Source: Eledone cirrhosa
Taxonomy: Eukaryota
Direction of reading: 5' to 3'
Assembly (NCBI GenBank): GCA_964016885.1
Contig: OZ024740.1
Location: 69,130,001 to 69,194,000, forward strand
DNA: 64,000 bases
Shown one piece after another: positions 14,961 through 29,522 of this stretch. Each line of letters starts with the position of its first letter. Positions within the stretch are counted from its first letter, which is position 1. The notes below the pieces were generated by a model, which had not been told where the DNA came from, made no database searches, and saw only the letters and a list, made by a program, of their open reading frames with translations. The translations under genes were made by a program, and so were the position numbers.

Positions 14961-15332
14961 AAAACAAATTAAATTCTCAGCTAAATTTGAAAGTAATTGA
15001 GAGATCTGCATTCATTTTTTGATGAAAATTGTAGCTAATATTTTTGATATTAGAGAACTCAAACAGATTTCGTATGGATATGCTAAGATTTCAAAGCGCT
15101 TATGTTGTGAAAGAATTAAAACCGAAACTATTCCCACAGAAGCCTGCTTTGCAACTGCAAATTCATCAACAAAATAAATTTCTCAGATATGGCATAGAAT
15201 TTTAAAAAGAATAAGTATGATAAACATATCAAATCATATATAAATATAATATACGATGCACACTTGGCATTAAAACATCTATGGAAAATAAAAAGCAAAA
15301 TGTATCCACTAAATCTGGACACATAGCCAGTT

Positions 15333-15690
15333 ATGAAAAGTGCACTAGATTCTTTAAGTACAACATGTTCAGACACAATCCAGAAGAATAGGAAAATCAT
15401 CATTTACATTAAAATTTGTTGCATAAAAACGTACGGGAGTAATATTTGGGTAGGAGAAGAAAGTCATATAGCCTGCTTATCTGCTTTGACCGAACAAAAT
15501 ATTAACACAAATAAGCATTTTTGCATCTTCCTTAATGAGGAAGAAGGCTGTAAACGTGGGTCCTACGGTTGTAAAGATCAACTACTCGTCACTAAGCTCA
15601 TTTTAAAAGATTGTCACAAACAGCGCTATAACCTCTCAATATCTTGGTAAGATGTAAAAGCTTGCTTTCGTATCCATAATTGCTTGTTTC
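15333..15690 (+). mobile_element. Decayed R4/Dong-like RT fragment
   Basis: EEEGCKRGSYGCKDQLLVTKLILKDC...NLSISW*D, compared with EQKGCRNKSRGTKDQLLIDK...DLAMGWID. Confidence 0.7.
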
Positions 15691-15759
15691 TATGTATGTA
15701 TGTATGTATGTATGTATGTATGTATGTATGTATGTATGTATGTATGTATGTATGTATGT

Positions 15760-16245
15760 CAGGTCACTCTTCACTGCTACTGGTAACATGGAACCCAGTA
15801 CAACCTGTGCATGGTTGGGACTTCTGTGACTAAACCGGCAACCCCACTAAGCTTGCTTGGTGAAGAGGGTGATATTGGACACCCTACGAGATGAAAAACA
15901 AAATCCGTCAAATGGCCATCCAATAAAGATTTTATAAAGAGACTCAAATCTTCGTTAAGACATATCTCTAGGAGAAGGTCAGCCTGATATAAAACTTGCG
16001 ACATAGTTTGCATCCAATGATTAATACCAGTTCTTCTTTTGGGGCAAATACACTCGATGTTCAGAGAATGAGATTGGCCCTGATTAAAAAAAGCTTCAAA
16101 ACAGGCATCGCTTGATATGTGAAATTGTTTGCAATGCATGTGATATTTTTGGCAATGCTGGCCATAGGCAAGTCCCTAGCAGGACTAAAAAGCCATGTCC
16201 ATGGTATCAAGCGATGGCTTTACTCGAGATCCAGTTGTAACCATC
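15760..16245 (+). mobile_element. Short RTE-derived element between (ATGT)n tracts
   Basis: 3' part encodes a KSLAGLKSH zinc-finger remnant and ends in TGGC..CTCGAG..CCATC-(ATGT)n, like the RTE ends at 47300-47700. Confidence 0.55.
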
Positions 16246-16374
16246 ATGTATGTATGCATGTATGTATGTAAGTATATGAGCTTGCATATATGTATGTGAG
16301 AATGTATATAGGCATGTATGCATGTGTGTCAACATGTATGTATATATGCATGTATGCATATATGCATTATGTAT

Positions 16375-18835
16375 GTTTCTCTTTCTCTTAATTTCGAGTA
16401 CATTCTTGACCGGCCACTTTCCTGGTGGCAAGGTTGTAAAAGAAAAGAAATTGTCATCCCTTCAATCGCAAGAACGTTTTGCAAACTTTGAAGGTGCCAG
16501 CTATCACAGCCATGTGTAGTCTATGAATTAGGGAGCTGCGTTCTTTGTCCACAAATCCAAGTTCCTTTATACTTTGGTCCAAGCGGGCTGGTATATAACC
16601 TGCAGCTCCAATAAAGTGTAAAAATATGAAACTGAAGGGGTATCTTGGATACTGGATCTGCAAACTCCTCATCAATGGTTGACAACAAGTGAGCAGCTGA
16701 TCTCTACAACAGAACACGTTTTCAATGTGTGGTCCCAAGCAATAATATTAGGCCGGTTGTGTTTTAATTTGGTGGCAGTTTTTATTTTCAAGTTCCACCA
16801 GTATAATCCCGCCGAGGTTAACTTTGCCTTTCATCCTTTCGGGGTCGATAAAATAAAGTACCAGTAATGTACTGGGTAATTGCTGGCCTTGTGCCAATAG
16901 TAGAAACAATTATTTAGGGCGCGGTGGATTGGCAGTATTGGAAGAGAGTCGGACGCCATGCTTTGACGCATAGAGTTACGGCTCTTGCTATTCTGAGTTC
17001 AAATCCCGCCAAGGTTAACTTTCCCTTTCATCCTTACGGGGTCGATAAAATAAAGTACCAGTAATACACTGGGTAATTGCTGGCCTTGTGCCTAACGTAG
17101 AAACAATTATTTAGGACGATTGATTGGCGGTATCGTTAGAGCGTTGGACTCCATGCTTCGCAACAGATAGTTACGGCCCTTTACGTTGAGTTGAAATCCC
17201 GCCGAGGTTAACTTTGCTTTCATCCTTACGGGGTCGATAAAATAAAGTACCAGTAATGCACTTGGATAATTGCTGGCTTTGTGCCAAAGGTAGAAACAAT
17301 TATTTAGTGCTATCTATCTCAACATATTCCTCATCATTTGTTTTTAATTTTGTTTTCCTAAGTGCGCTCCATATGATTCTAGCTATCACTTCGTGTCTCA
17401 TAGGGAGGGAGTAGCGAGACGACAGTCTTTCGCAGTTGGCAACAATGTGGCTAACATCTTCGATCTTTGTTTTACAAAGCCAACATTTATTATCGACTGA
17501 TGGCCTTCCTATTTTGCATAGAGATACTCTTCAAGGTGGGATTTCATAAACTTGTCGGAACTCCATGCCAGTCTCTTTGAGGGGTGTTCCCTCTATGGTC
17601 TGTGATTTTCGTCTCATATACCCATGCACAACTTTCTCTGTAAATTGGTCTATTTTTTTATCCTGTTCGAAGATTGAATAGGATCTTCCAATTTCCCTGG
17701 AAGAGAGATTTATATCAGGCCTTATTCCATATCTCTCCTGCAGATGATATTATTTCCTTCATCAGTGCTGGGCAAGATGGTTTCTCTTCTGCTGAAGATT
17801 TTACTTCAGTGTTACTATTTGGGTCACCTATGATGTTTATATGGATTTTAGACCCCGGCCACCTTTTTTGGTGAGAAGTATAGCCTATCCACATCTCCAT
17901 TCATGTTAAAATTTCCAGTAACACTGAAACGTTTGCGAGTTCTTACACCCATATCACTTAGTTCTTGCAATAACCAGTTCAGCAGGCCAAATGTTGGCAT
18001 TAGGTTTGGCACAGCATAAGCATTGTGGGCAATGTAATTGTTATACGCTGATAGTTCTGATGACCATATTTTCTTTACCCTCCGGGGGTATTCAGTTCTG
18101 CTTCTCTCATTATTTATGGGTCCATCATATCTGAGATTCTCATCCTGTCCAAGATATCTGTAGTTGCCACTTTACTGTAGAGGTTGTATTGACAAGCCGT
18201 TCAGCTCTAGATTTCCAGAGGAGGGAACAAACCTTCCGGGTTTTACTGTCAAATATGCACATTTGGACTAACCAAAGTTCATTCTGATATCTGCAGAAAA
18301 TTGTGTAAAGAGGTCCTATTGTTTTTAATATAGTTGGTATTTGGCCCATACAACTTCAGATCATGAACAAATAAAAAGATGGGAGATACTTTTGGACCCA
18401 CTTCCATGAGCACTTTGTTATGTGAGCAGGTATGATAGTGGGTTTAGTAAGAGGACGAACAGCAGCACTGATAAACTATCACCCTGAAAGATGCCTTTCT
18501 GGTAGTGTATTGTATCAGTCTTAATTTGCTCCTTCTTACACCTATTGGTGTACCAGTTCTTGGTCAGACGCTCAATAGCTGCTACTAGTGGTTGTGGAAC
18601 TTTGACTAACTGGAAAGCCTTAATAATCCACCCATGAGGTACACTATCAAAAGCTTTCTGATAGTCAAGCCACACCACAGTTATGTTCCTGTGATTCTTT
18701 GCTGATTTTTTCCTGTATCATTTTATTTGTTAGTAAGTGATCTATGCAGCCACATACCTCCTTCTTTCCACCAGCTTACTCAGGTGTTATAATTATGTTG
18801 GTGGCACAATGATCCTGTAAGAACAGATTAAGTTA
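16375..18835 (-). mobile_element. Decayed R4-like RT-RLE element (family 2), split by a SINE trimer
   Basis: WLDYQKAFDSVPH and GIFQGDSLSVLLF; homologous throughout to 52510-54835. Confidence 0.9.
16804..17304 (+). mobile_element. Head-to-tail SINE trimer (one truncated, two full copies)
   Basis: Units at about 16804-16915, 16916-17112 and 17113-17304. The LINE sequence resumes after 17304, in register with 54361-54390. Confidence 0.9.
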
Positions 18836-19101
18836 CCCTTATATGTATGTATGTATGAAAAATTAAGAATGTAAATATGAATCCAAGTTTGTTTCTAGTT
18901 GCATTATCCTTCATCTAAAGTCATATGTATGAGAATATTTCCATACATAATGTACTCCACAAAAATGTATATACATGTAAACACACACAAACATTGCATC
19001 ATGTTTAACTACACAGAATAAAAAGTTATTTCCAGTGGTGAACCACCAAATTCAATGAATATATATATATACATACACACACATACGCACACACACATAT
19101 G

Positions 19102-19160
<59 letters not shown>

Positions 19161-19392
19161 CACACACACACATACACACACACACATATATATATGTGAG
19201 TATGTGTGTATATGTGTGTGTATGTGTGTGTGTTTATGTGTGTACGCGTGTGTGTGTGTGCGTGTCTGTGTGTGTGTGTGTATTCCGTTTCAATTTCATC
19301 GATACATGTTTAATATGTTGGTCCCCCGGGCTAACGAAACGTACATACATGGTATGGCGCTGTTTGTTGTATTAACTGTCGTTAATAATTAT

Positions 19393-19440
<48 letters not shown>

Positions 19441-19584
19441 GCACACATTCCTTAATTAGAGTGCATTCAGAACACTGTTTTATACCATATTTTCAATAAT
19501 TATAAAAGTATGTACCCATTAAAATAATAGCTACTTCACCATTATTGTTAGGGCATTGAGCATATATATTAATCTATAATAATA

Positions 19585-19691
<107 letters not shown>

Positions 19692-20076
19692 ATGTATATA
19701 TGTGCGTGCGTGAGAATGCATTTGTATATATCTATATAGGTGTGTATGTGCGGATGTATGTGTCAGCGTGTTTGAGTAAAGACGAACAAAAACACGCACA
19801 CAAATGTACACACCAAAAGACACCCACACATATACACTCATGTTTGCAGCCGTGTTCATTAACTTCACAATTTTGCAACGGAATGCGTTCTAATATGTTT
19901 TCTGCTGTGTATATATGTGTGCATGCATTTATGAATGTATACATTTACATGTTTTTCTGACATGCCTCTCTGCTCGTCTGCCGGTATGTATATATGCGTG
20001 TACATATTTACTGAATGTGTGGGCTAATGGGAAATGTTGAGAGTTTTTGTAGATTATATTTGAAATCTTCTAATTC

Positions 20077-20160
<84 letters not shown>

Positions 20161-20166
20161 ATATAC

Positions 20167-20201
<35 letters not shown>

Positions 20202-20974
20202 ATATTTTCCATATACTAGTTTTTATGTATTTTCTTGTACTAAATATTTCCTTAATAATTACTTCTTAATGAATATATCATGAAATAAAATAGAAGCTAA
20301 AATACATTTAAACAAAGAAAATGGACGTGCTTTTATTTTCTTTCTGTTTGCATAGCATCTTTATTTGTTTTTGTTTTTGTAATTCGAGTGCAGATATATT
20401 GCAAATTATTACCGAAATATGCATTTTCTTTCTCGGTGAGTTTCAATGAGGAGTTAGTTGGGTGCACATTTTTCCTTGTGGCATCACTGACAAGAACAGA
20501 TACGTCGACAACTGTTGAAATACTATGATTCATACATAGGAAGCTATCTTAGCCTGAAGGCTCTGACTCAGACATAGCTATTATGCATTTATTTTTCCCC
20601 TCGTCTCAGCATGAAACCGATCGTCAATAATGACAAATAATACGTGATAGGATTCATTCACCATACACAGCTATATTTAAATATACGTATAACAATATAC
20701 AGCTCGCACTCAACCCAGCACACTGCTATTGAAAACATCGCTAACACCGCCGACACCACTGCAACGTTCCTGATATAAAAAAAGCAAAATAAAAAAAATG
20801 AACGAATACGTTTTTTTTTTAATATCATAAACCAAGCATCTGGAGATATTTTTCTTTTATTTTCTGCATTTTTTCACTTTAAATGTGAAAACTTCGGTGA
20901 AGCACTAAACCTTGCATATCGGTAAATGCACGTATTCTGGCTTTCATCTAAATACACAACATCACAATATTAGC

Positions 20975-21810
20975 GATAGGAAGGTGCAAAGTGACGAACA
21001 AGGCACCTTAAAAACTAATTCTTTACGTTGTGAGTTCAATTCCTTTCTTAGTTAAATTTGTATTTTCATCCTCCTGGGTTGACCGTTAATAAATACAACT
21101 CTGTATTCATCATTAACCACTTAGACAACTTTTTATGTGTGACAAACTAATTATTATGCATGCTATGGGATAGAAGACTATCAGAATTGTTAGAACATCA
21201 GACAAAATGTCTGATAGTATTTAGTTAAAGTTTTAGTTTCAGTGTTGAAATTTGAATTCTGCGATTCACACTTACCTTTCAAATAACGGGATGTACTTAA
21301 TTGACTAACCCCATCAGATCAAATTTTTGCCTTGTCCCTATGTGCGAAACAAATATGATATATGATATGAGGGTCCTGGTTTTAAAGAATAATAAAATCA
21401 TAAGATGAAATGCATTGGTTATATGTTAAGGATAAACATTCTGAATCAAGTTTCGCTGAAAACAATTTTACTATTCATCCTACCACGGTCGATAAATTAA
21501 CGTATCAGTCAAGGACTGAAGTATCTTTAATTAACTAATCACTCCCCCTCATACCTATCTGTAGCATTATGCATGTCCTAGAAACGATTATTATTATTAT
21601 TAGTGTTCTATGGGGGCGGTGGATTGACACAATGCTTTGCAGTATTTATAATAAATAATGCTTTTGAGCCTATATCCTATATCCCACCGAGGCAAACTTT
21701 GCCTTTTATCATTCGAGGGTGGATAAAATAAAGTACTAGCTAAATATTGAGGTCGATTTAATCAACGGTCCTGTCCTCCCAAATTTCTATGTCAATATTA
21801 GAAAGAATTA
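20975..21810 (+). mobile_element. Cluster of old SINE copies
   Basis: Repeated degenerate GAGTTCAA / TTCATCC...GGTCGATAAA cores. Confidence 0.6.
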
Positions 21811-22513
21811 CTAATGCTATATTAGTAGAGGAGGACACAATTATCAGATCACACTTAAACTACCTTACTATATATCAATTGATATCCTGACATGCTTGAT
21901 TTAGATTTTGAATATATCAGGATAAATAAAATGTGTGCCAGTTAAAATCTGAGTATTTCTGAGGAAGACATTAAGATATATATATGATATTGAGATTAGA
22001 AAGAGGTGGTTATATACACACTACCTATTACTAAACCTGCCTGAACGATAGTAAAACAGTGAACTAATTAAGAAACTATCTTCGACATTTGTTTGCTCAG
22101 CACGCACACACACACACACATATATATATATGTGTGTGTGTGTATGTGTGTGTGTGTGTGTGAAAGTAGTGTGGGTAGCGCGTTCAGCTCTTCCTGGTGG
22201 CATTTATTGAAATATATCCTGCCTTAGGAATATGAAACTTGGTAAAGCTCTCTCCTCATCCGGTTAAAGCACAACTAATTTCTTTCAGAGAAGGAAAATG
22301 AGTGATGAGATAGAGGGAAATATGGGACAAGCCATCAATTGGAATCGAGGAAGTATCAACCCAATTCTAGACGGCAAAGAGAAAGGCAATGTTGACCAGG
22401 CTTTGATTTGAACAAAGAGTGCATTAGACCAGACTAAGTACTGAGCATTTAAACTATAACAACACTTGTTCATCCAGATTGAAACATACAAACATATATA
22501 TATATATGTAGAA

Positions 22514-22561
<48 letters not shown>

Positions 22562-22593
22562 CGGTACTTATCTATCTGTCTCTCCCTCGGTCT

Positions 22594-22635
<42 letters not shown>

Positions 22636-22904
22636 GCACACCCACACATACACACACATATATATATAATGATGTGATGTATAAATGATTACAATTGTTT
22701 TAATATATATATGAGTAGATGGAAAAATTAAATGAAATATCTCTGAAGAAAATGAGAGATTACAAATGAAAATTATATTTAATTGAACTATGACATTATT
22801 TATTTCAGAGAAAGATCTAAAACAAATATAGGACAATTAAACATTAACGAATTTTTAGTGGCTGATGCTTCGCTTTGGTGAAAGTATGAAATGTATGCAT
22901 TCAC

Positions 22905-23135
22905 ACGTACAATCGTAATGTTGTGAGTTCCATACACGGGCAAGGTTGCGTGTCGTGTTCTTGAGCAAAGCACTTCATTCCACGGTACTCCAATATATTC
23001 AGCTGAAAAGGAGTAACAGCAAAAACTGGGAGTTTAACTCTGAGATTGAGAGGTGGCCTGTCCAGGGTTTCTTGTACACTTAGTTACATTACGCCAAGGG
23101 ATAAAATTTGGCCTGTTGAGCCTCCGAGCTCCAGA
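22905..23135 (+). mobile_element. Second tRNA-SINE family
   Basis: GGTTGTGAGTTCCA B-box-like motif followed by TGTTCTTGAGCAAAGCACTT core. Confidence 0.5.
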
Positions 23136-23157
23136 CAAAATATAGACATCTATATAC

Positions 23158-23205
<48 letters not shown>

Positions 23206-23333
23206 GTTATTTTTGCATGTAATTCTGAAAGCAAAATCGGAGTTATATGGTTGTGTAGAAAAACGAAAAAGATATATATGTGGGTGTGCGATACTTGTGT
23301 GATGCAAGGGTGCACATAAATTTACACACACAC

Positions 23334-23389
<56 letters not shown>

Positions 23390-23914
23390 GCATGCTTGTA
23401 TGTATGTGTGCGTCTGCGTATTTCTAAAAATATATTCATTAACAAAATATACTTTACTACATACCGTTATAAACATTGCGAAGAGTGAAAAAGAATGAAT
23501 GAAATATGCGTGACGTGGTTTGCAAAACGCCTGAATGCATTGAAAATGCAAAGCAATCGTCAGATTTATTTATGAATACAAGTATTCATGTACATAGCTG
23601 GCAGACATATACATATTCTTGATGCAGATTCCATAGCAATGGCGTCCTTTCACCTCATTTCTGAATAGACTTGGCAAGCATGAACTAGTATATAGATATA
23701 ATGCGGCTATACAATTGTAGAGAATGTGTGGCATTTGTCTACCTGTATTAGTGTATTTATTATATGTATATAATATAAAAATCCCATGACAAATCTGTTA
23801 AATAATAGCGAGACAATCATATCAGGATGGAGCCTGAATGCACGCCTACTTTTTTCACGTGTTTCAGTGTGTATGAGTGTATATATAAATATATTTACAT
23901 TCATACACACATAA

Positions 23915-24021
<107 letters not shown>

Positions 24022-24189
24022 TACATATATATATGCATACAGACGCATATATATAAGGTGTGTGTACGTTTGCCTAGGTGTATGTATGTTTGTGTGTGTG
24101 TTTGTGCGTGTTTATTCGCACACATGCATGTATGTACACATTAACCTTATTTTCATTATTATTATTATTATTTTATTAGTATTATCATT

Positions 24190-25265
24190 ATTGATTGGCA
24201 GTATCGGACAATAGGCTTTATGGCATATGGGTACACCCCTTTACGATCTGAGTTCAAATCCTGTCGAGGTTACCTTTCATCCTTACAGGCTCGATAAAAT
24301 AAAGTACCAGTAATACACTGGGATAATTGCTGGCCTTGTGCTAAAAGTAGAAACAATTATTATTAATTGGCAATATCTGTAGAGAATCGGACAACATGCT
24401 TTGCGGCAAATAATTACGGCCCTCTACACATGTTCAAATTCCGTTGAGGTTACCATTACCGTTCATTCATACGGGTTCGATAAAATAAAGTACCAGTAAC
24501 AAACCAAGGTCGAATTAATCGACTTTTTCCCTCCCCTATAATTGATGGCATTGTGCCTAAATGTGAAACCATTACGTTGCTTTACATTCCTATTTCAAAT
24601 CCCGCAGAGGTTTGCTGTTACTTTCAACCTTACGTGGTCGAGAGATACCAGTAAAGTACTGGTGAAAATCGACGTTCCCCTCCATCAAAATTGTTGGTCT
24701 TTTTCTAAACCAGAAACCATAATTGTAGGGTGGTGGACTTTAAATCCGACCGTGTTAGCTTTGTCTTTAAATTTACGAGGTCAATGGAATAAAGTACCAA
24801 TACGCATTGGGCGGGGGGTGGTCGATTTGATCCACTTTCCTCTCCCCAAATATTGCTGGCCTTTTCCTAAATCAGAAACCATTAACATTCATGGGAACTT
24901 AATATTTTCTTGGGGGATTAACAGGACCGTTAAGCTGTCAAAAATAGGCTTTCAATTATTTCGTCCGGCAATTTATGCACAGCAATGAGTTCAAATCCCG
25001 ACAAGGTTAGATTTGCCAATCATCCTTCCTAGTTTGATAAAATAACTGTTTCCACTATTGGCACAAGGCCAGTAATTATCTCGGTGCATTACTGGTACTT
25101 TATTTTATCGACTCCTTAAGGATGAATGGCAAAGTTAACCACGGCGGGATTTGAACTCAGAACGTAAAGGGCCGTAAACATGTACTGCAAAGCGTGGGCG
25201 ACCGAACCTCCACGGATGCTGCCCAAAATAATAATACCAGTCTTGTACTAGGGTTGATATAATCC
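24190..25265. mobile_element. SINE cluster (several plus-strand copies, one minus-strand copy at about 25045-25225)
   Basis: Repeated SINE consensus motifs. Confidence 0.8.
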
Positions 25266-25564
25266 GCTTTCACCATCACTGACAATATTAAAAGGAATTA
25301 TCTTGCATTGGGTGCACAGAGCCTAGTCACAATTTACGAAAAAATTATTTCCTGTACCTAATTTAAAATGCCATTTAACATGGCAGAACATTTTCTATAT
25401 TCTTGCGTACATTGAAATTGTTAATATATTCTCTGGAGATATAGATCCTGCCATCAATCTTATAATTTTCCCTTCCAAGTTTGAATGTGTCTCCTTTCAA
25501 TCAGTATGTCACCTTCTTTCTATCCCTTTCTGTACATATGCACACGAATATATACGTGTGTGTG

Positions 25565-25944
<380 letters not shown>

Positions 25945-25947
<3 letters not shown>

Positions 25948-27330
25948 CGTTTCTGAATTTGTTTAGCAAGATTCTTTATCTGAAAACGTGTGTTGAAACC
26001 GATATTGTTATACTTTGGGAGGGTCATGTTGCCAAAAAGAAACAGACGCACCAGTTATAATAAATTTATAAATTTAGGAATTTATAAATTTCCGGTTGGT
26101 TGGTTGGTTCCACAACCAGATGGTTGTTTATATATCATCAAAGTTCTTTCGTCACACATTCTGTGACCTCTTCGGTGACTGGGGATTCTTTTCTTTGTTT
26201 TTGTGCCTCTCCTTCATTCTGTCCTACGCCATTTTGTTTCTGTGTGTGTGTGTTGTGTGCCCAGTCTGCGCATGCGCCACATCCGGGTGTCTGTGTGTGT
26301 TTATATTCGTTTATTTATTTGTTTATTTACATGTTACAGGTTGGTTGTCTGTTGTATGTGCGTGTGTGTTTTCATTTTGTCCTTAATTGTAAGTTGTGAT
26401 GTTGCTGTTCCACTCATGTTTTCTATTTAATTTTGGCTGTAATTCTTTTATGTTTATTGCCTCTGTGATTTGTCTAAACATTGCGTCTTTTCTGTGTGTA
26501 GATTCTATTTTTATTTCTGTCCTCTAATTTAGCCTTATGTTCTATTTTAGCATGTTGGTAGAATACAGATGATTCTTTACTATCTTGAAGGTCTCGCCAG
26601 TGTTCATGTATCCGTTCCCATACACTACGAGCTGTCTCACCTATGTACACTATATTTTTGTCTCTACATTGTCCTTCAGTACATCTTATGCTATATACTA
26701 CATTTCTAGTTTTATAGTTAATATGGGGGCTTAATTTACAGGTTATACATTTATTATCTATACAGGGGGGGGGGGGGTCTTTGAAAAGGGTATGTCTTAA
26801 TAAGTGTTTTTACGGAGGTACCTGGTCTTTCTACTATCTTAATATTGAGTTTATTTTTATCTAGGGCCCTTCTAAATTTGTAAGCTAATTCACCTCTAGG
26901 GGGTTGTATCGATGAACATTACACTCTGGTATTTATTGCTATCATACCATGAGTTTATTCTATTAGCCTTATTCCTAGTTCTTTCTATTATATTCCAAAA
27001 TTTGCTCCTATACAAGGGGCAGGTCCCATTTGTGTCATTAATTACCATTTTTTCCCATTTGGTTCTGGCTCCTCTATACACTCTGATTTTATCTGTCTGA
27101 TTGTAACGAGAGAACTGCATACGGTGGATGAAGTGTTGTATGTGTCTCTCTAGTTCTTCGGGGTTGCACATGCGGAACACGTTTCTCATCACCCGTACCA
27201 AATCCGCAATCAGTATGTTGATTTTGGTATGGTCCGAAACAACTGAGTTTCGGTGGATCAGATATTTGGAAGTCATGGTTTTGGCATAATAGGAATGGAG
27301 GATTTGTTTTTTGTTATTAATGGTATCTAA
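25945..27330 (-). mobile_element. Penelope-like element 3' half (RT thumb, GIY-YIG, terminus), inverted arm
   Basis: Reverse complement of 36507-37915; ORF 26896-27363. Confidence 0.9.
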
Positions 27331-27331
27331 A

Positions 27332-28390
27332 CAAATGGGAAAAAATGGTAAATAATGACACAAATGGGACCTGCACCTTGTATAGGAGCAAATTTTGGAA
27401 TAGAATAGAAAGAACTAGGAATAAGGCTAATAGAATAAACTCATGGAATGATAGCAATAAATACCAGAGTGTAATGTTCATCGATACAACCCCTAGAGGT
27501 GAATTAGCTTACAAATTTAGAAGGGCCCTAGATAAAAATAAACTCAATATTAACATAGTAGAAAGACTAGATACCTCCGTAAAAACACTTATTAGCAAGA
27601 CATACCCTTTTCAAAGACCACCCTGTATAGATAAGAAATGTATAACCTGTAAAATAAGCCCCCATATTAACTGTAAAACTAGAAATGTAGTATATAGCAT
27701 AAGATGTACTGAAGGACAATGTAGAGACAAAAATATAGTGTACATAGGTGATACAGCTCGTAGTATAGAGGAACGGATAAATGAACACTGGCGAGACCTT
27801 CAAGATAGTAAAGAATCATCTGTACTCTACCAACATGCTAAAATAGAACATAAGGCTAAATTAGAGAACATAGAAATAAAAATAGAATCTACACACAGAA
27901 AAGACGCAATGTTTAGACAAATCACAGAGGCAATAAACATAAAAGAATTACAACCAAAATTAAATAGAAACATGAGTAGAACAGCAACAATTAAGTACAA
28001 AATGAAAACACACACGCACATACAACAAACAACCAACCTGTAACATGTAAATAAACAAATAAATAAACGAATATAAACACACACAGACACCCTGATGAGG
28101 CGCATGCGCAACTGAGCACACAACACACACACACAGAAACATAATGGCGTAGGACAGAACAAAAGACAGGCACAAAAAAAAGAATATAATCCCCAGTCAC
28201 TGAAGAGGTCACAGAATGTGTGACGAAAGAACTTTGAAAATATATAAACAACCATCTGGTTGTGGAACCAACCAACCAACCGGAAATTTATAAATTCCTA
28301 AATTTGTAAATTTATTATAATAAATTGAAGTGAAGCTAGGGGTGCGTGTGTTTCTTATTGGCAACATGACCCTCCCAAAGTATAACAATA
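27332..28390 (+). mobile_element. Penelope-like element 3' part with GIY-YIG endonuclease (ORF 27345-28043)
   Basis: CIDKKCITC, NCKTRNVVYSIRC, VYIGDTARSIEERINEH and RQITEA. Confidence 0.9.
28196..28238 (+). ncRNA. Minimal hammerhead-like motif in a PLE terminus (copies at 26137-26179 minus and 37652-37694 plus)
   Basis: GTCA-CTGAAGA-G-GTCAC..GTGAC-GAAA-GAAC-TT-TGA. Stem I GTCA/TGAC is intact in the 37652 copy. Confidence 0.6.
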
Positions 28391-28398
28391 TATATATG

Positions 28399-28467
<69 letters not shown>

Positions 28468-29051
28468 CTGTGAGTTTGTGTGTGTGTTTGCGTGTGTGTT
28501 TGTGTGTGTGTGTATTGACATCAAGTGAATTTGTATACAAACATGTTTCTGTGTTTGCAGAGGTTTCCATAAACCTATGTGCGTTTGTTTGTCTGTATGC
28601 TGGTGTGGTGCCAATGAGGCCTTTGTTTGAAATCCGTTTGTATGTATAGATGTAAGTGCGCGTACGCATGTATATTGTAAATGCTTCTGTGTTAAAGTGC
28701 GTCCTATTTATCATATTTTTGTGTTTACGTGACTGGGTTGAAACATTTCCCCATGTTAGAGTGCATATTTGGAGATATTTGTAAACAAATAAACACCAAT
28801 AAAAATATTTTCTTTGAATATATAAATATATATATATATATATATAAGTATGTACACGTACATACATATATGTATACAGTAGTATGTATATATATATATA
28901 TACATACATGCACACATATATATATATATATGTACGTATGGATTCACCGAACATTTATTATAATGCTCGGTGTGTTTGTAAACAAACATCCCGTATTAAG
29001 CCGTAGCGTCCAGCAACCATCGTTGCTCGTTTGTTCAACACTGACAAAGGA

Positions 29052-29094
29052 ACGCTGTACTAGTTTCAAGCTTATTAGCTATCGTCAGCAACGT
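29052..29094 (-). ncRNA. Minimal type-I hammerhead ribozyme
   Basis: ACGTTG-CTGACGA-TAGCT-AATA-AGCTT-GAAA-CTAG-TA^CAGCGT: canonical core, stems I and II, palindromic stem III. Confidence 0.85.
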
Positions 29095-29479
29095 ATACCT
29101 TCCTGGCAGATTGTTGAACGTATATACTTACCCTATGCATGTTAACGGCTGAGTAGCCCAATTGGCATATCGAGTGGGTTAATCGGCCGGGTGCACCGAA
29201 AACGATAAACGGAAAAAATGAAACGAGATTTCATTACCCACTCTTAGTACGGCTGTTACTTAAATATAAGTGTGTACACGTACATACATATATATATACA
29301 GACGTACAGTAGTATGTATATATATATATATATATACATACATGCACGCATATATATATGTACGTATGGATTCACCGAACATTTATTATAATGCTCGGTG
29401 TGTTTGTAAACAAACATCCCGTATTAAGCCGTAGTGTCCAACAGCCATTGTTGCTCGTTTGTTCAACACTGACAAAGGA

Positions 29480-29522
29480 ACGCTGTACTAGTTTCAAGCT
29501 TATTAGCTATCGTCAGCAACGT
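29480..29522 (-). ncRNA. Minimal type-I hammerhead ribozyme (second copy)
   Basis: Identical motif to 29052-29094. Confidence 0.85.

Noticed and set aside
16804-17304. CRISPR-like or tRNA-gene array
   Set aside because: Units are about 190-bp SINEs with no unique spacers and no cloverleaf.
27320-27335. Identical 5' breakpoint of the PLE copies at 27330 and about 36507
   Set aside because: The 36.5-kb copy extends about 25 bp further (LPVLDT), so the ends are close but not the same.
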